A stretch of DNA of 32,000 nt from Pasteurella multocida (GTDB taxonomy: Bacteria > Pseudomonadota > Gammaproteobacteria > Enterobacterales > Pasteurellaceae), in assembly GCF_900187275.1 (NCBI RefSeq), contig NZ_LT906458.1, forward strand, positions 2,010,001-2,042,000, given 5' to 3'. Below are positions 1 to 7,042 of the stretch, in pieces. The position numbers were made by a program, and so were the translations under genes. Every line of letters begins with the position of its first letter. Positions within the stretch are counted from its first letter, which is position 1. The notes under the pieces were generated by a model that had not been told where the DNA came from, searched no databases, and saw only the letters and a list, made by a program, of their open reading frames with translations.

Positions 1-14
1 TTAATTCCCAAAAG

Positions 15-41
15 AAAGGCTTGGTTATCCAAGCCTTTTTT
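15..41 (+). terminator. Rho-independent terminator of an off-window upstream + strand gene
   Basis: Stem aaaggcttgg (15-24) pairs with ccaagccttt (29-38) across a 4-nt loop, followed by a T-run to 41. A USS core sits at 57-65. Confidence 0.6.
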
Positions 42-215
42 CTTACTTACACATAAAAGTGCGGTTTATTTTTATAAAATTTTATTATCCAGCGGTATCG
101 CCTTAATGTTTTGTTATGGGCTGTTGTGATCAGTACTAAACCTTGCTTAGCTCCCTCATTCTACGCTCTTTGCGTTCACTTTCCTTTGCTTAAGATTCTT
201 TTCTCATTTTATTTC

Positions 216-229
216 GTGATCCCTATCAA
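216..229 (+). promoter_or_regulatory. FNR-like box (gTGATccctATCAA) upstream of the DcuC-family transporter
   Basis: 9/10 match to TTGAT-N4-ATCAA. A TAAATT hexamer at 252-257 would place the box near -41.5, the class II position. Confidence 0.4.
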
Positions 230-371
230 TAAAATATGATTTTTAAATTCCTAAATTAAGCTGAACCACGCATACTGAGTGCAAGATTTTTTTGATAGTA
301 AAGTGTCAAGATTATTAAAAAATATCTTGTTTTGGTCAGTAGTTAACATTTAAGACATTGAGGAGCTGATT

Positions 372-1670
372 ATGGTGGCATTGAAAGCAATTATTGCGCT
401 TACTGGCATTATTGTTGCTGTCTATTTATTAATAAAGAAATATGAAACACGCACAGTATTAATTGGTGTAGGGTTGTTCATGGCGATTGCAACACTTAAC
501 CCAATGGGGGCACTCGATGCATTTGCGAAAAGCATGACATCGGCAGGGCTAATTATGGCAATTTGTTCGAGTATGGGCTTTGCTTATGTGATGAAATATA
601 CGCAATGCGATACGCATTTAGTCCATTTATTAACAAAACCATTAAGTGGCTTGAAGTTTTTCTTAATTCCTATCGCCACAATCATTACCTTCTTTATTAA
701 CATTGCGATTCCTTCTGCAGCAGGTTGTGCGGCAGCCGTGGGGGCGACGCTCATTCCAGTATTAAAAAGTTCCGGTGTTCGTCCAGCAACAGCTGGGGCA
801 GCAATTCTTGCGGGAACGTTTGGATCGATGATGAGTCCGGGATCGTCGCATTCAGCCATGTTAAGTGAAATGTCAGGTTTAACGGTGACACAAGTTAACT
901 TATCTCATGCGCCTTATACGATGATTGCAGGGGCGATCGGGGCCGTGATGTTAACGATTTTAGCGATTGTGTTTAAAGATTATGGGGAAGAACACCGTCA
1001 AGCGTATTTGCTTGAAAATAAAGAGAGTGAGCAAAATGCAGAAAATATGAAAGTGAATATTTTTTATGCATTAGCACCATTAGTACCTTTAGTGATTTTA
1101 GTTATTGGTGGAACATCTTTACAAAAAATGCCGGGTTTAGAATGGACGAAGATGGGTGTACCACAAGCGATGTTAATTGGTTCATTATATGCTGTTGTGA
1201 TGACACGCATTTCACCGGTCAAAATTACAAATGAGTTCTTTAATGGAATGGGTAATTCTTATGCGAATGTGTTAGGTATCATCATTGCGGCAAGCGTCTT
1301 TGTTGCGGGTTTAAAATCAACAGGAGCCATTGATAGCGCGATTGAATTCCTGAAACATTCAAATGAATTTGTGCGTTGGGGAGCAACCATAGGACCATTC
1401 TTAATGGGCATTGTGACCGGATCGGGAGATGCTGCCGCGATTGCGTTCAATACCGCGGTGACGCCTCATGCAGTCGAATTAGGTTATACCCATGTTAATT
1501 TAGGTATGGCTGCCGCGATTGCGGGGGCAATTGGACGTACAGCCTCTCCAATTGCTGGCGTGACAATTGTCTGTGCAGGTTTAGCGATGGTTAGTCCGGT
1601 TGAAATGGTCAAACGCACTGCACCAGGCATGATTCTCGCGATCTTATTTTTAGCATTGTTTATGTTGTAA
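372..1670 (+). CDS. DcuC-family (anaerobic C4-dicarboxylate carrier family) membrane transporter
   Basis: 432-aa polytopic ORF with SD aggag at 361-365. The C-terminal half aligns by eye with E. coli DcuC (TGSGxA..., GRTxSPxxGVxxxxAGxAxxSPxExVKRT). Confidence 0.7.
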   Translation: MVALKAIIALTGIIVAVYLLIKKYETRTVLIGVGLFMAIATLNPMGALDAFAKSMTSAGLIMAICSSMGFAYVMKYTQCDTHLVHLLTKPLSGLKFFLIPIATIITFFINIAIPSAAGCAAAVGATLIPVLKSSGVRPATAGAAILAGTFGSMMSPGSSHSAMLSEMSGLTVTQVNLSHAPYTMIAGAIGAVMLTILAIVFKDYGEEHRQAYLLENKESEQNAENMKVNIFYALAPLVPLVILVIGGTSLQKMPGLEWTKMGVPQAMLIGSLYAVVMTRISPVKITNEFFNGMGNSYANVLGIIIAASVFVAGLKSTGAIDSAIEFLKHSNEFVRWGATIGPFLMGIVTGSGDAAAIAFNTAVTPHAVELGYTHVNLGMAAAIAGAIGRTASPIAGVTIVCAGLAMVSPVEMVKRTAPGMILAILFLALFML

Positions 1671-1690
1671 TCATAAAGAGGAGCGATTCA

Positions 1691-2959
1691 ATGAGTATAA
1701 CACTTGAACAACTCATCCAATGGCGTCGTGAATTTCACCGTTTTCCAGAGATTGGTTGGTCTGAGTTTTGGACGACGAGTCGTATTGCAGATTATCTTGA
1801 GGAAATGGGATTTGACATTTTATTGGGTGATAAAATTATCAATCCTGAATTTGTACGTGGTCGCCAGCAAGCGGTTGTCGAAGCAGGGTTAGCCAAAGCA
1901 ATAGCGTATGGCGCAAAAGCAAAATGGCTTGACCAAATGAAGGGTTATACGGGGTGTGTAGCAGTATTAGATACAGGCAAACCGGGTAAAACAGTCGCAT
2001 TACGTTTTGATATTGACTGTGTTAATGTTAGCGAAACCACCCATCCTGAACATATACCAAATCAATATGGTTTTGCTTCGTTGAATGATGGTTTTATGCA
2101 TGCTTGTGGACATGATGCTCATATTACCATTGGATTAGGTACGGCTAAATGGTTAGCCGAAAACAAAGATAAACTGCGTGGTAAAATTAAAATTGTTTTT
2201 CAGCCTGCTGAAGAAGGGGTACGGGGGGCTGCCGCGATTGCAGCGAGTGGCATCATTGATGATGCGGATTATTTCGCTAGTTCACATATTAGTTTCTGTG
2301 CGGATACGGGGACAGTCATCTCAAATCCTAGAAATTTCTTATCGACGACTAAAATTGACATTCGTTATCAAGGTAAGCCGGCACATGCTGGCGCTGCGCC
2401 ACATTTAGGTCATAATGCGTTACTTGCTGCGGCACACACAGTCACTCAGCTTCATGGTATTGCACGCCATGGTGAAGGGATGACACGGATTAATGTGGGC
2501 GTGCTCAATGCGGGTGAAGGACGCAACGTTATCCCAGCAACCGCACAACTTCAATTAGAAGTGCGAGGCGAAAATAAAGCCATTAATGAATATATGGTGG
2601 CGCAAGTCATGCAAATGGCGAAGGGGATCGCGATCGGCTTTGATGTTAGCTATGAAACGGAAATCATGGGAGAAGCCGTCGATATGGTGAATGATGAAGA
2701 GCTTATTCAACTTGTCGAGAATATTGCATTACAGCAAGCGGATATTAAACAAGTTAATGCAGATTATGCCTTTAATGCGAGTGAAGATGCGACGATTTTA
2801 GGACGTCGTGTACAAGAGCAAGGAGGTAAAGCCATTTATTTTATCCTTGGTGCAGATCGTACTGCTGGACATCATCAAGCTGAGTTTGATTTTGATGAAA
2901 CACAGTTATTAACTGGTGTGAATATCTACACGGCATTGCTTCAACATTTACTGGCTTAA
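1691..2959 (+). CDS. M20D-family amidohydrolase (AbgA / hippurate hydrolase-like)
   Basis: 422 aa with motifs HACGHDAH, FQPAEEG and GKPAHAGAAPHLGHNA. The 20-nt gap after the transporter gene carries SD aagaggag, which suggests an operon. Confidence 0.8.
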   Translation: MSITLEQLIQWRREFHRFPEIGWSEFWTTSRIADYLEEMGFDILLGDKIINPEFVRGRQQAVVEAGLAKAIAYGAKAKWLDQMKGYTGCVAVLDTGKPGKTVALRFDIDCVNVSETTHPEHIPNQYGFASLNDGFMHACGHDAHITIGLGTAKWLAENKDKLRGKIKIVFQPAEEGVRGAAAIAASGIIDDADYFASSHISFCADTGTVISNPRNFLSTTKIDIRYQGKPAHAGAAPHLGHNALLAAAHTVTQLHGIARHGEGMTRINVGVLNAGEGRNVIPATAQLQLEVRGENKAINEYMVAQVMQMAKGIAIGFDVSYETEIMGEAVDMVNDEELIQLVENIALQQADIKQVNADYAFNASEDATILGRRVQEQGGKAIYFILGADRTAGHHQAEFDFDETQLLTGVNIYTALLQHLLA

Positions 2960-3001
2960 TATTGACCGGGCGTATTATCCGTTTTAATGCTTGGTATGTA
3001 T

Positions 3002-3035
3002 AAAAAAATAGCTGTGTTTCACACAGCTATTTTTG
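3002..3035. terminator. Bidirectional rho-independent terminator between convergent genes
   Basis: Stem atagctgtg (3008-3016) pairs with cacagctat (3022-3030). An A-run precedes it and a T-run follows. Confidence 0.75.
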
Positions 3036-3043
3036 TGTTTATT

Positions 3044-3862
3044 TTAGAATGTGACATTGAACCCAACACTACCACCCCAGTATGCATTTCCTGATAATCC
3101 ACGACCTACATAAGGTGTGAGATCAATACTGCTTTTGGCGCTAATGTTATAACGTAGTGTACTGCTAATATCCCCACGTAACCATTTAAAATCGCCTTGC
3201 ATTTTCACATCACCAATGCCATCAGCTTTAGCCTGATAGTGTGGATTTTTTAATGAAAGCGCATATTCAATTTCGGCTTTAGGCTCCCAAAAGAGTTGGT
3301 TTGTTAACGGAATCGACGTTGTTATACCCAACATGGCAGCTGTATGGCGGAATTTAAGTGGTGCATAAGAAACTGGAAAAGTCACGCTTTCTTCTTGATA
3401 GCCATGTTGTTTTACTTCCGTATATTTTAACCCTGTGTATAAACCGGCATGACCACCACTCAAAATATGTGCATTGGCACCGGCGAGTAATGCGACAGAT
3501 TGGCTAGAAACGTTTGTTTTACCCTTCGCTTGTTCTGTGCCCTCAATTGCCTGACGCTCAATCTCAACCTGATAACGATTCACTGCACCTGTCGCACGGA
3601 GATACCAATGTCCATTTTCTACTGCTTGTTTCCATTGTGCATATAAACCAATCCCTAAATTATCACTTGTCCGTTTGTAACCATTGACTTGTTTACTATA
3701 TGGAGTATGGAAAAGTGCGGTACCAAGTGCAAAATTTTCATTCATGACATAACCAATATTGAGCTGAGTGAGCAAGCTACGATCTTGTTTCTCTGCATCG
3801 ACAGTAGCTTTAGTACGTACAAAAATGCGTCCAGCCTGACCTGTTGCGTACAATTTACTTGG
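3044..3862 (-). other. Autotransporter beta-barrel translocator domain (aa ~1005-1276); boundary approximate
   Basis: About 270 aa of amphipathic beta-strand pattern after a helical linker region (aa ~930-1000). Ends with an aromatic residue (F). Confidence 0.7.
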
Positions 3863-6800
3863 CTGAGTTTGACGATTGAGATGACTTGGTAAAGTGCTTT
3901 TCGCTTCAACGAAAGTATTTCTGAAATCAATACGACTGTAATCGGCTAAGGCATAAGCATTGGAATCTATTGCATCAAAGCCAGAAAAACTCTCAGTTAA
4001 TGAACTGAGTAGTCGGTTTTGGCTAGAAATCGTTGCCAATGCACGAGTACCTAACCGTCCCATTGTCTCTCTGGTGTCTTGAATTGACACTGGATCGCTC
4101 ACTTTAGGGATAGCCTGTGTATAATCAAGTTTCCACACGGTTGCTTTTTGAATTGGACGATTAAAATCATCCGTTAAGTCTGTTTCTGACACCCCAACAG
4201 CAATTGTTCCATCATGATTGAGTCCGTAAATTGCCCCTTCACCGATGCCTTCCGTTTTTAAGGTGCTGAGTACAACAGGTTTTTGGGTACTGTCATACCA
4301 TATCACTGGGCGACTAACACAATTATCATCTGGTCGATCTGTGGTTGCACAACCTTGATCAATGGCTGCGGTACCCCCAATAATATTGCCTTGTGCATTC
4401 AAGGCATAAGCAAAACTCGAACCCGCATCATGTTGATCGGACGTATAGTTGGTTAAGGATTTTAAATAGGTATGATGCCAGTTTTCGCTTCGTCCTTTGT
4501 TTTGCCCATTATTTTTCCATAAGACAGCTTGGTTTTGTTTCACATTCGGACTGACTTGTGTATAACCTATCGCCACTGAGCCATCTGCGTTCAATGCATG
4601 TACAGCACCATTAAAGTTGTGTTTCGTGTCCACATTTAAACGCGTGACTTTCCAGTCCTCAGAACCATCATCTGTCCAAATCGCAGGGCGTTGATTTTTA
4701 ATAGACTGTCTTTCTAAGCGTTTTCCAATAAAATCGGCACTGCCTGCAATCACTTGACCGTCATGACTAATGGTTCGGGCATCAGCGGATGGTGTATAGT
4801 AAGTGCTATTGCTAAAAGGTGTTTCTAAGCGAATCGGTTTACTACCTTCCTGCCATTGTGTTCCCTCTCGTTTCCATAATACGGCTTGTTTCGCTCGTGG
4901 ATCAAAAGTGTAATCGATTGGCGCGATACTTTGTCCTACGGCAAAGGCACCATCGGCACTTAGTGCACTGACTTTACCTGACACCTGTGTGGGATTATCA
5001 ATCAGATTATTCACCGCACCCATCCCATTTAGCCCAAGTGTATCGAGGCGAGTTGGATGGTCGTGACCGTTTTGCCAAATTGCAGGGTACTTAGAAATCA
5101 CTTTTCGGTTGTCTGCTTTGCGGAAGTAATGACTACGCGCTTCGCCACCATAAGTGAGCCCATCATGGCTGATCGCCCACACAGCAGCATGGTTTGTGTT
5201 GCCTTCAAAATTGCGTAACGCAATAGTTTGCCCCTCTTTCCAAATGGTTGCCGCACCGCCGCGTTCTGTACGGCTTTCACCTATTCCGCCGATGACGCGT
5301 CCATCACCAGAAATTGTCATCGCAAAAGAATAGCCCAGGACGGTTGAGGTCGGGGTTTCTACTGAACTGACCGTATAAGTAATAGGTGCTTGCTCAGGTG
5401 TTGATGGTAACGTATTCAGCTTTGGTGTATCTGGTTGCGTCGGCTTAGGTGATGTCGGCGCTTCAGGGAGCGGTGTTTTGGGATAAGTAATTTTCCATAC
5501 CACGGCTTTTTGTGTTCTGGCATAGCCATCTGTCAAATCAGTATCAGCGACACCGACTGCAATGGTACCATCATCATTGAGAGCATAGACCGCACCATTG
5601 CCCGAACCATCCGCTTTTAAGGTATTTAATTCTAGCGGTTTGCTAGTAGTGTTATACCATACAACAGGACGTGCGATGCAGTTATCATCTGGTTTTTCAG
5701 TTGTGGCACAATCTTGTTCAGTGGTGGCAATTCCCCCGACAATAGAACCATCTTTATTTAAACTATAAGCAAAACTGGAACCAGCATCATGTTCTTCCGC
5801 ACGATGATGTGTGAGGGATTTTAAATAAGTAAAAGTCCAGTTTTCACTGACGGATTTATCTTGTCCGTTATTTTTCCATACGACCGCTTGATTACGTTTT
5901 ACATCTGTTGTGGTTTGCGTATAACCTGCCACGGTGATGCCATCCGCGCTAATGGCATGTGCCATGCCGTTAAAATTATCATGCTCTTCAACAGGTAAAC
6001 GAGTGACTTTCCAATCGCTTAAATTTTCACTTGTCCAAATAGTAGGGCGTTGATCTTTACTAAATGACGTATTTTTATTGACCGCTTTAATCCAATCTGC
6101 GCTACCGGCAATGACATTTCCAGCATGACTAATGGCATTGGCATTCGCACTTGGGGCGTAATAATCACTTTTTTCATAAGGAGTAGGCAATATTTCTGGT
6201 TTCGTACCTGTTATCCAACCGTTTTCTCCACGTTTCCAAAGTACCGCCAATGTTGTGCTACTTTCATTGTAGCTGTCTTTTTCTGGAATACTCTGTCCTA
6301 TCGCAATCGATCCATTTGCACTGAGCGCATTGACTTTGCCTGATACGGTTGTATTGTCACCTGCTCGATTGCCAATGGTACCGAGCCCCCCTTGTCTTAT
6401 TGTCGCTAGACGAATTGGTTTGTCATTGTCGGCTAACCAAATAGCCGGAAATCTTGCTTTGAAATCCCTTGTTGTAAAACCTGCTTTTCCTCGATAGCTA
6501 TACAGTGCTTCACCGGCATAAGTTGAACCATCGTGGCTAACTGCCCAAATGGCCGCATTATTTGCTTTATAGGATGTTGGATGTACCTTTGTTTCGTCGT
6601 AGTAGGCTCTCCCAAAATTCATGAATTCTTTTATCGTTCCATTTTGCCAAATGACGGCAGCACCTGCGCGCTCATGGCTACCTTCGCCAATCCCGCCGAT
6701 CACGTTACCGTCACCAGAAATGGCACGTGCGCTAGAGAAGTAAAAGTTTTTAGCTGAGTTTATGTCATTTGTTAGTAATGTCGGTGTCATTGATTCAGCG

Positions 6801-6874
6801 TGAGTTGTGAAAGGCAGAAAAAACGTTGAAATGAAGAGGGAAAGGTAAGTTCGTTGATATTGTCTGTTGTTCAT
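3044..6874 (-). CDS. Type Va autotransporter with a duplicated HAF-like repeat passenger domain
   Basis: 1276 aa with SD ggag 6 nt before the ATG. Signal peptide MNNRQYQRTYLSLFISTFFLPFTTHA/ES. Fourteen repeats, a Pro-rich hinge, and a C-terminal domain of alternating hydrophobic strands ending GFNVTF (terminal Phe). Confidence 0.85.
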   Translation of the reverse strand: MNNRQYQRTYLSLFISTFFLPFTTHAESMTPTLLTNDINSAKNFYFSSARAISGDGNVIGGIGEGSHERAGAAVIWQNGTIKEFMNFGRAYYDETKVHPTSYKANNAAIWAVSHDGSTYAGEALYSYRGKAGFTTRDFKARFPAIWLADNDKPIRLATIRQGGLGTIGNRAGDNTTVSGKVNALSANGSIAIGQSIPEKDSYNESSTTLAVLWKRGENGWITGTKPEILPTPYEKSDYYAPSANANAISHAGNVIAGSADWIKAVNKNTSFSKDQRPTIWTSENLSDWKVTRLPVEEHDNFNGMAHAISADGITVAGYTQTTTDVKRNQAVVWKNNGQDKSVSENWTFTYLKSLTHHRAEEHDAGSSFAYSLNKDGSIVGGIATTEQDCATTEKPDDNCIARPVVWYNTTSKPLELNTLKADGSGNGAVYALNDDGTIAVGVADTDLTDGYARTQKAVVWKITYPKTPLPEAPTSPKPTQPDTPKLNTLPSTPEQAPITYTVSSVETPTSTVLGYSFAMTISGDGRVIGGIGESRTERGGAATIWKEGQTIALRNFEGNTNHAAVWAISHDGLTYGGEARSHYFRKADNRKVISKYPAIWQNGHDHPTRLDTLGLNGMGAVNNLIDNPTQVSGKVSALSADGAFAVGQSIAPIDYTFDPRAKQAVLWKREGTQWQEGSKPIRLETPFSNSTYYTPSADARTISHDGQVIAGSADFIGKRLERQSIKNQRPAIWTDDGSEDWKVTRLNVDTKHNFNGAVHALNADGSVAIGYTQVSPNVKQNQAVLWKNNGQNKGRSENWHHTYLKSLTNYTSDQHDAGSSFAYALNAQGNIIGGTAAIDQGCATTDRPDDNCVSRPVIWYDSTQKPVVLSTLKTEGIGEGAIYGLNHDGTIAVGVSETDLTDDFNRPIQKATVWKLDYTQAIPKVSDPVSIQDTRETMGRLGTRALATISSQNRLLSSLTESFSGFDAIDSNAYALADYSRIDFRNTFVEAKSTLPSHLNRQTQPSKLYATGQAGRIFVRTKATVDAEKQDRSLLTQLNIGYVMNENFALGTALFHTPYSKQVNGYKRTSDNLGIGLYAQWKQAVENGHWYLRATGAVNRYQVEIERQAIEGTEQAKGKTNVSSQSVALLAGANAHILSGGHAGLYTGLKYTEVKQHGYQEESVTFPVSYAPLKFRHTAAMLGITTSIPLTNQLFWEPKAEIEYALSLKNPHYQAKADGIGDVKMQGDFKWLRGDISSTLRYNISAKSSIDLTPYVGRGLSGNAYWGGSVGFNVTF
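4121..5332 (-). repeat. Passenger module 2 (aa ~515-918): a paralogous copy of module 1 with seven HAF-like repeats
   Basis: Colinear with module 1 repeat for repeat: ISGDGRVIGG..AATIW, ISHDGLTYGG..PAIW, LSADGAFAVG..QAVLW, ISHDGQVIAG..PAIW, LNADGSVAIG..QAVLW, LNAQGNIIGG..RPVIW, LNHDGTIAVG..KATVW. Confidence 0.8.
5483..6739 (-). repeat. Passenger module 1 (aa ~46-464): seven HAF-like repeats
   Basis: Repeat cores: ISGDGNVIGG..AAVIW, VSHDGSTYAG..PAIW, LSANGSIAIG..LAVLW, ISHAGNVIAG..PTIW, ISADGITVAG..QAVVW, LNKDGSIVGG..RPVVW, LNDDGTIAVG..KAVVW. Confidence 0.8.
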
Positions 6875-6894
6875 AGCTCACTCCAATTAATAAT

Positions 6895-6928
6895 AGGATT
6901 GATATATAAAATTATATATAGCGATCCT
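6895..6928. promoter_or_regulatory. Palindrome in the autotransporter promoter/leader region (candidate operator)
   Basis: AGGAT-tg-ATATATAA-aa-TTATATAT-agcg-ATCCT. A candidate promoter on the - strand has TTGACA (6946-6951), a 16-nt spacer and TAGGAT (6924-6929), and overlaps the right arm. Confidence 0.4.
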
Positions 6929-7004
6929 ATTTCTTGTGCTATGAATGTCAAGATGAGTGTTATGGATTTGTTAAATAGATCACAAAATAACCAAAAAATT
7001 GTGA

Positions 7005-7033
7005 TAAAGTAGCCAACAAAGTGGCTACTTTTC
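7005..7033. terminator. Hairpin downstream of the TonB-dependent receptor gene
   Basis: Stem agtagcca (7008-7015) pairs with tggctact (7022-7029). There are T-rich tracts on both strands. Confidence 0.55.
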
Positions 7034-7042
7034 TATAACAAG

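Noticed and set aside
584-1450. Antisense ORFs 584-859 and 1259-1450 inside the DcuC-family gene. The same class of ORF occurs inside other genes, e.g. 1704-1892, 2178-2408, 3689-3930, 5098-5280, 6125-6757, 7912-9004, 9968-11481, 11807-12339, 14103-14339, 17358-18261, 18460-18711, 19363-19545, 20396-20713, 21053-21241, 22603-22818, 25789-26472, 29145-29402, 30480-30671 and 31401-31586.
   Set aside because: All lie fully within, or out of frame with, long ORFs that have clear family motifs. They have low-complexity or odd composition, no SD, and no recognisable motif.
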